The notes: generated by a model not told the origin, from the letters alone. A DNA stretch of 64,000 bases from Candidatus Sericytochromatia bacterium (GCA_035285865.1 JAYKHS010000011.1:64001-128000); one strand, 5' to 3'. Positions 45,928 to 56,154 are shown, counted from the stretch's first letter. Program-made: numbers and translations.

Positions 45928-48147
45928 ATGCGTCATCGCCGTCTCGGCTTCCGGGTGCTGGGTGCCACGGTCCTCGCCGGCTGCGTGCAGAACTCGACGC
46001 TCCTTTCCCAGACGGTGATCGTGGACCCGCCGGCAAAGCCCACCGACGTCGCGACCACGCCGGCGCCCGCCAACCCGGCGAACCAGCCTGTCTACGCGCT
46101 TTCGGACAAGGAGGCGCAGACCCTCGGATACATCAAGGTGGCACCTGGCCTCAATCTGACCGGTAGCGTGCTGGGACCGGAGCGACTCGTGGCCAACGGT
46201 GCGGCTGGGCTCATCGCCAACGGTGCGGCTGGGCTCATCGCCAACGGTGCGGCCGGGCTCATCGCCAACGGGGCAGCGGGTCTCATCGCCAACGGGGCAG
46301 CGGGTCTGATTGCCAATGGTGCCGCTGGGCGTCAGACAAGCAACAACCAGGTCACTCTTGACTATCCCGTCGCAGATGGCTGGGTAGCCCTTTCCTCTCC
46401 TCAGGGAGCCTTGCTGGCAAGGCCCGATGGCCAGCCTTACGGGGGCCTCACGGATGCTTCCGGCTCATTCACGCTTGAGGCACCGGCAGGGCAGATGGTC
46501 GTCACCGTCCTGCTCGAAGGCAACCGCAGACTTTCTGCACTCGTGGTCAACGACAGGGCGGACGGCAAGATCGCCGTGGATCTCGGGACCACCCTCGTCA
46601 CCGAGTACCTGCGCAGCCGAACCCGGAGGATCGGCAAGGATCTGGAGCGTGTCTTCGCCGCAGATGTCGGTCTCGTGCAGTACAAGGAGCTTGTGGCGCA
46701 GACCAACGCCATGTTGCGGAACAATGACCTTGCAGGCCTGACGGCTGCGGACCTCGGACTCGATGCCACCGAGTCCATGCTGCATCGGTATGCCCTTGCG
46801 GTCGGGCGCGACAACAGCGGTCTCCTGGGTAAGGCGTGGGTCGCGATGATGAAGCGCATCCTCGGCGAGCAGGCTCCGGTCGAAGAACTGATGCTGCAGC
46901 CGCTGGCACTCGACACCTCCGCGCTCGAGGCTCCCGTCAGCGAGACCTCCCGCGTGCTGGCCTTCGACCGCGACGCGGGTCGTATGTATCTGAACAGCTA
47001 CGGTTTCACGACGGAGTCCCTCATCGCCCTTGATGCCCAGGCAACGGCATCGCGGGTCGTGGCGAGACGGTACAAGTTCGCCGCCAATGGCATGTATGAC
47101 GTCCAGGCCATCCTCCCGGATGGGCAAAAGGACAGCGTCCTGATATCGGGTGTCTTCGGGGACCTCTTGGACAGCAGCTACTACCCGATCTTCGGCCTCG
47201 CGCGCCTGGATGGCAGCAGGACATTTGCGCCAGAGGGCCCGGAGCTCGCCCCGTTCCTCCGCGGAGAGTGGCAGAACGCCAGCCTGCTCCGGCCAGCCTT
47301 CGATGCCAGCGATTCCGTGATTCCGGAGACCGGCCTCGGGTACTTCATTCAGGACCTGGCACTTGCCACACCTGAATCGTCCGGTGCATCCCGATCCTTG
47401 TTCGCTGCCGATCCCGGACTGGGATGCGTGCGGGTCTTCGAGATGGCGGCGGACGGCCAGATAGCCGGGGAGGTCGGCCTGATCGGCAATGGCACCGACC
47501 TCCCACCGGAAGAGCGGGAGGCCAGGGCTGCAGCCCTTCCGAGTGCAGGTACGCAGACGGAACTCTACTTCATGGCTCCTACCAACCTTTGCTTTCACGA
47601 GGCAGGCGGGAAACGTCTGCTCTTCGTTACGGACACCGAGAGCGGCGTCATCATCGAGGTCGATCTGTCCGACAATTCGTGGCGCCGCGTTGCGGGCAAG
47701 CCCGCGCCTGCGGACAGGTCCCAGAGGGAGCAGGCTCGCAAACTGGGCATCGACCCGACCAGCATGCTCCCCGTGGACGACGGCAAGCCTGCAGCCGTCG
47801 TTGCTCTGAACTATCCCCACAAAGTGGTCATCGATACACGCAGGCGGATGTTCATCGCCGACTCGGATCACCAGATCATCCGGATGATTCGGCTGGACGA
47901 TCCGACCCGTCGCATCTGGACCGTGGCTGGCAGCCTGCTGGAAACGGTCATCAAGGAAAACCCCGGATCCCGAGCCATGGTGGAGCGCTACATGACTCAA
48001 CGCTCCGTCAATGTACGAGACGGTGAATCCAGTGTCGTCACGCTGGGAGAGGTCAACTCCATCGCTCTCGACGGGAATGGTGACCTGCACCTGACGGATG
48101 ACCGCACCCGTCGCGTCCGCGTACTCCGCATCGGCAACAGGCCCTGA
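45928..48147 (+). CDS. Lipoprotein with (LIANGAAG)x6 repeat and a C-terminal NHL beta-propeller
   Basis: Lipobox LAGC; TDASGSF beta-sandwich; NHL-like LFVTDTESG, LNYPHKVVID..MFIADSDHQIIR, IALDGNGDLHLTD. Confidence 0.85.
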   Translation: MRHRRLGFRVLGATVLAGCVQNSTLLSQTVIVDPPAKPTDVATTPAPANPANQPVYALSDKEAQTLGYIKVAPGLNLTGSVLGPERLVANGAAGLIANGAAGLIANGAAGLIANGAAGLIANGAAGLIANGAAGRQTSNNQVTLDYPVADGWVALSSPQGALLARPDGQPYGGLTDASGSFTLEAPAGQMVVTVLLEGNRRLSALVVNDRADGKIAVDLGTTLVTEYLRSRTRRIGKDLERVFAADVGLVQYKELVAQTNAMLRNNDLAGLTAADLGLDATESMLHRYALAVGRDNSGLLGKAWVAMMKRILGEQAPVEELMLQPLALDTSALEAPVSETSRVLAFDRDAGRMYLNSYGFTTESLIALDAQATASRVVARRYKFAANGMYDVQAILPDGQKDSVLISGVFGDLLDSSYYPIFGLARLDGSRTFAPEGPELAPFLRGEWQNASLLRPAFDASDSVIPETGLGYFIQDLALATPESSGASRSLFAADPGLGCVRVFEMAADGQIAGEVGLIGNGTDLPPEEREARAAALPSAGTQTELYFMAPTNLCFHEAGGKRLLFVTDTESGVIIEVDLSDNSWRRVAGKPAPADRSQREQARKLGIDPTSMLPVDDGKPAAVVALNYPHKVVIDTRRRMFIADSDHQIIRMIRLDDPTRRIWTVAGSLLETVIKENPGSRAMVERYMTQRSVNVRDGESSVVTLGEVNSIALDGNGDLHLTDDRTRRVRVLRIGNRP
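46186..46329 (+). repeat. Six tandem 24-bp coding repeats (L-I/V-A-N-G-A-A-G)
   Basis: CTCATCGCCAACGGTGCGGCTGGG-type units that differ almost only at synonymous positions. Confidence 0.97.
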
Positions 48148-48154
48148 GGTGACC

Positions 48155-50386
48155 ATGTCTTACTTCCGCCTTGCTCCAGCGTTTCGCGTGGCAGTGACCG
48201 TTCTTGCGGCCACAACATCGGCTTGTGCCATGCCCCCCTATCCTGCAACCAAAACACCGGGTAGGGTGCCGACGGATTCCAGCCAGCCGATGGCGGAGGG
48301 AATTGAGGTTGCAGCGAACCGGGTGGACGGTGCGGGCTTCGTTGCCGGGCCGGGCGTGCGTTATCGCGTCCTTGAGGGCACCATCAACGGGGGATCCACG
48401 AAGGTTTCCGGTACCGCGATTTCCGCAGGCGGCGTGCTTGCCGGTGCCCTCGTGACCTTCATGGATGATGACGGCCGCTTCCTGGTCCTTCGGGATCCCG
48501 AAAAGACAGACAGGTTCGCCTTGCTCTCCAGCCGGTGTGATGCCGAGGGACGATTCGAGACCCCAGCAGTCTTCCCTGTCGACCAACCTGTCGTGGCGCA
48601 GGTCCTGTTCGGCCAGCAACGACGCCTCATGTCCCTGGGCAAGGCGGGCGCGCCTCTCGCGATCGATGAAGCCTCGACCATCGTCCTCGAGTTCCTGCGT
48701 GGAACCCAAGTGGCGCGTCATCCCGGACAGGCCTATCTCACGGCGGGCACCAAGGCAAGCGCCAAGGTCGTGCTGTCGGTCTTCACCGGAGAGGCCGAGA
48801 GGCTGCGTCTCGCGGTCAAGGACGGCGTGTTCAGCTTGCCTGCGAGGGTAGGCAACGAGGCCATATCCGATGCGTTCACGATTGGCCGAGGCAACGAGCT
48901 GGCCAGGGATTACCTGTTGGGCATCGTGACCGGCAATGTCGATAGCCACAAGGCCTGGGGAACCGTTCTCGAACACGTGCCACTGGCCGTGCTCACGGAC
49001 GCGGGGAATACCCTGCTCAACAACCAGACCCTTACGCGTCCTGCTACCGCCACGCAGGAAGCATTCGGCGAACCCATCAACATCGAAGCCTCCGGCAGCA
49101 GCTACTTGCTGGTCGGGGGGCGTGCGGGACTCATCGACCGGGTTTCGGGCGGTCAGCGCATCACGTACCTCGGCAATTTGCCAAGCGGTGAAGATCCATC
49201 CGTCTGGCGAGACCCCGTGTCTGCGGATGGCTCGGAGACCGGGAACCTGTTTGCTGGCAGCTTGCTGGCGAATGGCGACATCGCAGTGACGCCTGCTCTG
49301 ACGCTCCGCACCCTGATCGAGGCCCGGCAGGACAGCATGGGCAACGTCGCCATGTGTTTCGACGAGTCAGAAACGCTCGGATTCGCATGCAGGGTCTCTG
49401 GCACCTACTTCGGCAGGGCCATGGAAGCTGGCCGCTTCTATGCTCTGGGCAACGATAGCCTGCCCTTCCGGGGCGAGCGCGAGACGGAACTCGCCAACAC
49501 CAGATGGGGAAGGCCTTTCGGCCTGGCTTTCGATGACGCCGACAACCTCTTCGTCGCGGATCGCGGGGCGAACCGCATCCGGATGGTCAACCGAAAGACG
49601 GGAGTGGTCCAGACGGTGCTCGGAGATGGATGGCCCTATACCGAATCCGTGCTTGGTGGCCTCGAAGGAGGCCTGGGAGACCTCGCCTACGCCCCTGTGA
49701 CCGAGGTGGAGACGCCTCTGCAGGGCGGCGGTACGGCATCGGTCGCCGTGCCGGACTTCGGCCGGATGAAGGACAGCTCGGACGGACTCCAGCCCGGCCT
49801 GACGGCGTCATTCCATCGTCCGACCCGAGTGGCGTGGCAGCGGCGCAAGGATGGGCATGCCGAGCTGTACATCCTCGATCTCTACAACCAGGCCGTACGT
49901 CGGGCTGTGGCTCCACTTGGCGATGATTTCCGGGATGCCAGCGTGACCACGCTGGTTGGCGCGGCTGCTGACGAGATACGTCCGCTGGATGCGTCGACAT
50001 CCTACGTCGTGCCTGTGGGCAGGCCGGGCAAGACGCCAACCACGCTCCGGCCACTCTCCGAAGTGGGGCTGGACCTTGTCGAGGTCGTTTCGGCTTATCG
50101 GTGGGTTCAGGCCGCAGACGCGGGCATCGCCCTGGATCGGGCGCGCCAGCGCCTCTACGTGACTGCGCCGAATGCCCGGCAGGTCGTGATGGTCGACCTG
50201 ACGACGAATCAGGGGCGCGCCATCGCGACGGATGGGGGCGGGCTCTTCGAGGGACCGGCCATGGGCACGGTCATGCCGACCAAGCTCGGTGGGCTCGGGG
50301 TGTTGGCAAACGGCGACGTCATTTTCGCCGACACGGCCAACAATGTGGCGCGCCGTCTGCGCACGGGAATCTGGATTCCGGAGTGA
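48155..50386 (+). CDS. NHL-repeat lipoprotein, paralogue of the upstream gene
   Basis: Lipobox TSAC; CDAEGRF; LAIDEASTIVLEFLR; PFGLAFDDADNLFVADRGANRIR; GDVIFADTANNVAR. Confidence 0.85.
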   Translation: MSYFRLAPAFRVAVTVLAATTSACAMPPYPATKTPGRVPTDSSQPMAEGIEVAANRVDGAGFVAGPGVRYRVLEGTINGGSTKVSGTAISAGGVLAGALVTFMDDDGRFLVLRDPEKTDRFALLSSRCDAEGRFETPAVFPVDQPVVAQVLFGQQRRLMSLGKAGAPLAIDEASTIVLEFLRGTQVARHPGQAYLTAGTKASAKVVLSVFTGEAERLRLAVKDGVFSLPARVGNEAISDAFTIGRGNELARDYLLGIVTGNVDSHKAWGTVLEHVPLAVLTDAGNTLLNNQTLTRPATATQEAFGEPINIEASGSSYLLVGGRAGLIDRVSGGQRITYLGNLPSGEDPSVWRDPVSADGSETGNLFAGSLLANGDIAVTPALTLRTLIEARQDSMGNVAMCFDESETLGFACRVSGTYFGRAMEAGRFYALGNDSLPFRGERETELANTRWGRPFGLAFDDADNLFVADRGANRIRMVNRKTGVVQTVLGDGWPYTESVLGGLEGGLGDLAYAPVTEVETPLQGGGTASVAVPDFGRMKDSSDGLQPGLTASFHRPTRVAWQRRKDGHAELYILDLYNQAVRRAVAPLGDDFRDASVTTLVGAAADEIRPLDASTSYVVPVGRPGKTPTTLRPLSEVGLDLVEVVSAYRWVQAADAGIALDRARQRLYVTAPNARQVVMVDLTTNQGRAIATDGGGLFEGPAMGTVMPTKLGGLGVLANGDVIFADTANNVARRLRTGIWIPE

Positions 50387-50387
50387 A

Positions 50388-52739
50388 TCAGCGCCGCGCC
50401 CCGGAGGGCACGAGCCTGAGCAGGGTGCCGGAAATCCTGTCCAGCATGACGAGTTCCCCATCCGGGCCGACTGCCAGCGGACCTGGCCTGAGCCACTTCT
50501 GATCCAGCAAGGGGAGGTAGGTGCCTTCAGGCTTCCTCTCGCCTTCCCCACCTGCGAGCACGGTACGCCCTGAGGGCTCGAGCACGATCAACCGACCATG
50601 GTTGCCATCCGCTATCCAGAGGTCACCGCCCACCAGAGCCAACCCACTGACCACGCGCAGGCTGACGGCCATGGGATCGACCGCAACAGGGCCCCCGTCG
50701 AGCCCTCCGTGCCCGACAAGCGCCGTGAATCGGCCTGCGGGACACATGCGTCCCCAGAGGCGAACATCCTGACGCGGCCATGCCCAGACGCGCGCGGTGC
50801 TTCCGACCAACAAGGATCCGTCTTCGGTCCACGCGAGGGCTGATGCCCGCACAAGCGCCTCCTCGGGTGCAACCACAGGAAGGTCGGGCTCTGGAAAGGT
50901 CTGCCCATGGGCAAGAAGCAGGGTCGACCATTGTCCATCGGGCGAAAGGCGCATCAGTTCAAAGCGTCCAACGGACTGGATGGCGACGGCGAGGCCCCAG
51001 TCACGATGCCAGGCCACCGGCCCCGGCACGCCATCGTGGCTGGCAAGCCCCGGCACGGCGGGCAAGCGAGTCCAGGAAGCTGGCTGCACGTCCACGCCGC
51101 AGACGCGCGTCGCTTCGGGTTGCCATACTTCGAGCGCGCGGTCGCTTTCGCTCACGAGCACGACACCGAGCCCGAGGCGCGCAGCCTGACTCCACCTGAC
51201 TCCGGCGCCATCAGGAGCCGATCGAACGACTCGGACCTCGCCATCCGGGGCAAGGCGGCGAATCTCCGGTAGTTCTGGCAAACGGACCGAGCTCACGGAG
51301 CGCCTGTCACAGAACCACCATCCCCCATCCGGCCCGGCCAGCAACCATGCTGGATGAAAGAGGCGGACGCCTGTCCGGCCTTCGGTCTGGCCCGTCCCTG
51401 CACCAGGAGCCTCAAGCAGGATTCCGGCAAGATGGGAAGAGACCCTGACATCAGCCGTGGCCATCAAGCTACCCAGCCTCCAAGTGCCAAGATGGCGCCC
51501 TCGGACAGTCGCCCTCCAGCCGCCATCCTCAAGCACCGCCCAATCCGCCGATCCACTCCAGGACCAGGCCCCGGCATCGGGCAGCGGCCTTCCTCCGACA
51601 TCGAGCACCCGCAGGCCGGGATTCCAGACCTCGCCCAGGGCGATGGAAGCAGTGGGAACGTCCACGGACCAACTGGCCGCCACCGAGAACGTGGCAATCT
51701 CGGACCGTGAACCGTCCACCGCAACGGTAATCGGCCCCGTTGCCAGCAGGTTCGGCCAGACGAACCGGATATGGCGATCATCAAGGCGACGCGCCTGAGA
51801 GAGTTGAACATCCCCCACGTAAAGGCCCCAGGGACGCCCGCTCCACGAACCGAAATTGTCTCCCTCCACCGTCACCTCGGTGCCGGGAGCCACCACATCG
51901 GGCAGAACACGTCGGATACGCGGAGGAGGCTCTGCGAGGATCACCTCGCCGAGCGAGACCTCCGGCCCCTCGAACGCCTCGAGGCTGCGAACCTGCGCAG
52001 GTAGACCATCGGCGATGAAGGCCACCGCCGACGTACCGGGCGGGACACCCGCAAGGGCGAAGAATCCGTCGGAACCAGGCCTGACCCAACGATCCCCACC
52101 GGGCAGGAAAACCACGACTTCCTCGGGACGACGCCCGGGTGGGACGGCCACTTGGCCTCGGATCGTCCACGTGCGGGCGAGGACGACTGGCCCGAGATCC
52201 AGCGTTGCCGTGGCACCCTGCAGGACGATCTGGCGCGAGGCCATCTGCCCGTCCTCCGAGCCCACGACCTTGAGGGTGAAGTGACCGGTTCTCGGAGCGT
52301 CCAGAACGAAATGCCCCTGAGCATCCGACCGGGTAGCCGACAGGATGCGGACGGGCACGAGCGGACCGACCGGATATCGCAGTGCCAATGGTGATGTCTG
52401 CAGGACGCCATCAAGGGGCGTGGACTGGAGGCTGCCATCCATGGGTGTCGACTGCAACGCACCATCCAGTCCGGAAGTATCGGCGGCATCGACGAAACCG
52501 CCAAGACTCTCCGACGTCGGCGCCCCCTCGGGGACGTTGAAGCCCTGGATCAGATAGACCTTGGCCAAGTTCACGGCAGAGCCGCGCAAATCCCGCACAC
52601 GCCCCTGTATCCGCGTCTGGAGAGCCGATCCGCGCACGTCTGTCGCTTGGGGGGCACGAGGCACAGGCAACTGCAAACAGGCCGCCAACAGGGCGCACAG
52701 CAAGCATGTCCACCAGGCCGAGCTTCTCACGGCAGCCAT
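50388..52739 (-). CDS. Lipoprotein: 9-aa repeats, carboxypeptidase-regulatory-like domains, IPT/TIG, NHL propeller
   Basis: Lipobox LAAC; SDAQGHF; PGTEVTVEGDNFG; LWIADGNHGRL; LAVGPDGELVMLD. Confidence 0.8.
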   Translation of the reverse strand: MAAVRSSAWWTCLLCALLAACLQLPVPRAPQATDVRGSALQTRIQGRVRDLRGSAVNLAKVYLIQGFNVPEGAPTSESLGGFVDAADTSGLDGALQSTPMDGSLQSTPLDGVLQTSPLALRYPVGPLVPVRILSATRSDAQGHFVLDAPRTGHFTLKVVGSEDGQMASRQIVLQGATATLDLGPVVLARTWTIRGQVAVPPGRRPEEVVVFLPGGDRWVRPGSDGFFALAGVPPGTSAVAFIADGLPAQVRSLEAFEGPEVSLGEVILAEPPPRIRRVLPDVVAPGTEVTVEGDNFGSWSGRPWGLYVGDVQLSQARRLDDRHIRFVWPNLLATGPITVAVDGSRSEIATFSVAASWSVDVPTASIALGEVWNPGLRVLDVGGRPLPDAGAWSWSGSADWAVLEDGGWRATVRGRHLGTWRLGSLMATADVRVSSHLAGILLEAPGAGTGQTEGRTGVRLFHPAWLLAGPDGGWWFCDRRSVSSVRLPELPEIRRLAPDGEVRVVRSAPDGAGVRWSQAARLGLGVVLVSESDRALEVWQPEATRVCGVDVQPASWTRLPAVPGLASHDGVPGPVAWHRDWGLAVAIQSVGRFELMRLSPDGQWSTLLLAHGQTFPEPDLPVVAPEEALVRASALAWTEDGSLLVGSTARVWAWPRQDVRLWGRMCPAGRFTALVGHGGLDGGPVAVDPMAVSLRVVSGLALVGGDLWIADGNHGRLIVLEPSGRTVLAGGEGERKPEGTYLPLLDQKWLRPGPLAVGPDGELVMLDRISGTLLRLVPSGARR
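52389..52469 (-). repeat. Three tandem 27-bp coding repeats (LDGALQSTP/MDGSLQSTP/LDGVLQTSP)
   Basis: Read directly in the 50388-52739 ORF. Confidence 0.85.
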
Positions 52740-54592
52740 TCCAGGAGGTGGCCAGACAGCGGGTCGGCCTGAAGCAGGCGACCATCCCCAAGCGGCATCA
52801 AGGACGTAGGCCTGCCCAGGCGCACCGCCAAGGCCGGAAGGGGAATCTCCCCCGGCGTCAGGGGAATTCCGGTCACCAGCCCTTCGCCTGCCAACTGCCT
52901 GAAGCCGGCATCGGGGCTCCAGCGCCACAGCCGCGCTCGCGCCACCTCCGCCAGCAGCAGGGAATCGCCGAGCCACGCCATGGCCCGCACTTCACCGGAA
53001 GGAGCTGCAAGGGCGCGCCGATCCACGACTTGCCAATCCGAACTGCCTTCCGACCTGAGCCAGATGGCGCCCGGACCTGCAACAGCAACCTGGCCCAACC
53101 GCCCCACGGCCACGGACTCCGCACGGCTACCCGGGGGCAGGGATAGCAAGGTACGCCCACCTTCGTCGCGCAAGTGGCCTGCCTCTGACATGATCAGCAG
53201 CCCATCGGGCCGGACGGCAAATGCATCGATGCTCCCTCGGGCAACTTCCCGGGAAGTGCCATCGGACCACTGGAAGCGGCGCAGGACATCAGCACCCGGG
53301 CCGGTGCGCCCGAGAACAAGGACCTGCCCTCTGGAATCGACGGCAATGGAGCGCGGTCGATCGACGTGCCAGGGCAGAGTCTGCCATAGGCCCTCGGGAG
53401 AGCGATGCAGGCAGCGAGCACCGAGATGATCCCCCACGAGCCAACCACCATCGGGAGCGAGGGAAAGGGCATAGGGCGTCACGCCCGCCGGCAGGACAGG
53501 CAAGCGACGAAGCCGGGCATCGTCAATCAGAACGGACGCCGTAGCCACGAGCGACCCCCCGGTGACCACGAAATCCAGACGATCGAAACCTGCTTCGGTG
53601 CGACGCGTACGTACGATGGCCGCATCCTCGAGCATCGCTCGATAGCCGTCATCGGCCTCACCTTCCACTTGAGCCTGGGGAATGGACCCGTGGGGGACCA
53701 CGGAAGGCAAGCCGACAAGGCGGAGTGCCCGCATGCGATGCCAGAAAATGCCGAGACCCTCGACACCGTCGCGGATGACACGCACAGGACCGGACACGGC
53801 CTCCTCAGGGACACGTACCTCCCAGAGACCGTCCGCCACCTGGCGTGGGGCCACGGCCTCGGCGCCGGTGAATCGAATCGTGAAACCGCCCTGAATCCGG
53901 GGATCGACCGCGACGGACAGGATATCCCCGGGACTGCTGAAAGCCGGGGAAAGGGCAAGCAGGGGAACTTCCTCCGGACGCACAGGGATCTGGAGATTGG
54001 ATGCGTCCGTGGCACTCGGATTCCAGAGGGCGACTCCCGTGAAACCGGTCCCGCGTACCCGGATACGCCTTACACCTGCAGGCATGCCATCGATCCTGAA
54101 CCCACCTTCAGAATCAGCCCACCCGATGCGCGGGAGACCCTCGACTTCAATCCGGGAGCCAATCGCTCGCGGCAATTCCGGAGGAACCTGAAGGCGACCG
54201 GACAGTGTCAGGGCAGCCTCCCACATCGGGGTTGCCATCCTCGTGACACCGGCACTCCAATGGAATCCCGTGCTTCCCGTGACCCAGTCACGGCCCTCGA
54301 GCTGCACCAGCAGCAAATCCGCCCTGCCGAAGGGCAACGCCCTGCCCGGAAGTGCAGGAAGGGATTCAGGCATCCCGAGCGTGCGGCCCGAGGAATCCAG
54401 CGCCACCCAATGGAGCGTGATCCGGTCCTCGGGCAGTCCGGGATAGCCAAGGTCCTCGGGGAGAATGACGGAAGCAATTGCGGACTCCACGTCACGGCCC
54501 CGGTCCTGAACACCGGCCACGCCGAGCTCCTGTTGGAAGCACCCGGCGAGCAGGGCCCCGGACAGAAGAACGTATCTCTCGAGGGCTGACAC
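52727..54592 (-). CDS. Lipoprotein with beta-sandwich, IPT/TIG-like and NHL-like domains
   Basis: Lipobox LAGC; ADSEGGFRIDGMPAG; VRVPEEAVSGPV; PYALSLAPDG, PRSIAVDSRG. Confidence 0.75.
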   Translation of the reverse strand: MSALERYVLLSGALLAGCFQQELGVAGVQDRGRDVESAIASVILPEDLGYPGLPEDRITLHWVALDSSGRTLGMPESLPALPGRALPFGRADLLLVQLEGRDWVTGSTGFHWSAGVTRMATPMWEAALTLSGRLQVPPELPRAIGSRIEVEGLPRIGWADSEGGFRIDGMPAGVRRIRVRGTGFTGVALWNPSATDASNLQIPVRPEEVPLLALSPAFSSPGDILSVAVDPRIQGGFTIRFTGAEAVAPRQVADGLWEVRVPEEAVSGPVRVIRDGVEGLGIFWHRMRALRLVGLPSVVPHGSIPQAQVEGEADDGYRAMLEDAAIVRTRRTEAGFDRLDFVVTGGSLVATASVLIDDARLRRLPVLPAGVTPYALSLAPDGGWLVGDHLGARCLHRSPEGLWQTLPWHVDRPRSIAVDSRGQVLVLGRTGPGADVLRRFQWSDGTSREVARGSIDAFAVRPDGLLIMSEAGHLRDEGGRTLLSLPPGSRAESVAVGRLGQVAVAGPGAIWLRSEGSSDWQVVDRRALAAPSGEVRAMAWLGDSLLLAEVARARLWRWSPDAGFRQLAGEGLVTGIPLTPGEIPLPALAVRLGRPTSLMPLGDGRLLQADPLSGHLLEWLP

Positions 54593-54593
54593 G

Positions 54594-56093
54594 TCAGGGG
54601 GCGGTCTTGACCCGCCTGACCCGATTGGCAGAGAAATCCGTAATCAGGATATCGCCCGTCGCATCCACGGCGAGGTAGGTCGGAAGAGCGAGTCGCCCTG
54701 CAGCAAGGGGCACGGGTCCATCAGGCTCGGTGGCAGGTCCCGGTCCGGCAAGGCGGTGAACGAGGCCCGTGTTCCTGTCGAACAGACGAAGGCGGGCGAG
54801 TGTGGGCTCGAGGAAGACAAGATGACCCTCCGGAGTCACGGCCATGGAGCTGGCCTTGAACACGCTGGCTTGAAGGCCCGGCAGGCCATCGCCCTGATCC
54901 ACCTGGCTCTTGACGTCGGTGCTGGCGCTATAAGGGGTACGAGGCCCCTCGCCAATCATCGGATACACCCGACCGGCTGTCCGCCGACCACCAAAGCCCT
55001 CGATGTCCTGAAGGCAAACCAGCATGATCCTCGCGACACTCAAGGACTGGGTGGTGCTGTCCTGTTGCGTCAGCAGCTGGGTGGACACCTCACTGAACCA
55101 GACATTGCCGTCGGGATCCACGTGTGGCGCTGACGGCCCGGCAATCGGTGCCTCCGCCAGCAGCGCACCCTCCTCACCAATCAGTCCGGTTGCCGAACCG
55201 CTCCCTGCAAGGACGACCACGGCCCCATCGAGATTCAGGCGATAGAGGTACCGATGGGCGGTAATGCTCGCCTTGTTCTGATTGACGACCGTGAAGACAA
55301 GCGTCCCATCCGGGGCGGCTGAAAGGCCATTGGGCTTGCCCAACTCGGCAGGCAGGGGGACCACATGCGCCTTGCCCGCCTCGAGGTCCAGACCATAGGC
55401 ACGACCCGATGCAACGGGCATCAGCAGAAGCTGGCCGGACCCGTCGACAACCCACACGGAACCATCGGGGGAAACGGCCACCTCGGCAGGAACCGCGGAA
55501 GCCGTCGTGCCCAGAAGGCGGACTTCAGCCTGATTGACCGGCACTCCTGGTGCCGCAGGCGTTCCGGGCACCTGACCCGCCCAAGTCGCTGCCACTCCGT
55601 GATCGTCGACACGGATGACACCGTGGCCACGGTCAAGAACCAGCCCTCGACCATCCGGCAGAAAGGCCACATTCGTCGGTTTGCTCAGGTAGGCAGAAGC
55701 CACTGGCAGACCATCGCCCAGCATCCCGCCCGGGGCATCCGCCGCCCCGTTCTCGATACCGCTGCCGAAGCCGGCCGCCACGGTCCAGAATGCAGCCGGC
55801 GCCCACGCCTGCTGCCTGGCCGGGGCGACCGCCGGAGTGGGGCCAGGTGTAGGCTCAGGCGTTGCTGCCGGGGTAGGTTCGGGAGTCGGCACCGGGCTAG
55901 GGGTAGACTCAGGCGTTGGTGCCGAGGAAGGCTCGGGAGACATGGACGCAGACGCCACGCCCGATGCCGACGGCACCGACGTTGCCTGAGCAAGGGTGGT
56001 GATCCGCTGCAGCAGCGCCCCGTCCGAGCACGCGACCAGCACGGCAAGCGCCAAGGGCGCAGCGATGAAAGTTACCGAACCAAATTTACGCAT
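54594..56093 (-). CDS. NHL-repeat lipoprotein with a Pro/Thr/Glu linker
   Basis: Lipobox LVAC; PTPE repeats; GDGLP...LSKPTNVAF, PTYLAVDATGDILITDFSANRVR. Confidence 0.85.
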   Translation of the reverse strand: MRKFGSVTFIAAPLALAVLVACSDGALLQRITTLAQATSVPSASGVASASMSPEPSSAPTPESTPSPVPTPEPTPAATPEPTPGPTPAVAPARQQAWAPAAFWTVAAGFGSGIENGAADAPGGMLGDGLPVASAYLSKPTNVAFLPDGRGLVLDRGHGVIRVDDHGVAATWAGQVPGTPAAPGVPVNQAEVRLLGTTASAVPAEVAVSPDGSVWVVDGSGQLLLMPVASGRAYGLDLEAGKAHVVPLPAELGKPNGLSAAPDGTLVFTVVNQNKASITAHRYLYRLNLDGAVVVLAGSGSATGLIGEEGALLAEAPIAGPSAPHVDPDGNVWFSEVSTQLLTQQDSTTQSLSVARIMLVCLQDIEGFGGRRTAGRVYPMIGEGPRTPYSASTDVKSQVDQGDGLPGLQASVFKASSMAVTPEGHLVFLEPTLARLRLFDRNTGLVHRLAGPGPATEPDGPVPLAAGRLALPTYLAVDATGDILITDFSANRVRRVKTAP

Positions 56094-56154
56094 TATAAAA
56101 AAGTGTAACAGATGGCAACACACCGGACGGGCGACATGACACGCATCCGCCAGC

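Noticed and set aside
46186..46329. 24-bp tandem repeat as a CRISPR array
   Set aside because: No spacers, in-frame coding with synonymous variation, and no cas genes.
55830..55935. PTPE-type repeats as a separate repeat element
   Set aside because: Ordinary Pro/Thr-rich linker within a lipoprotein.
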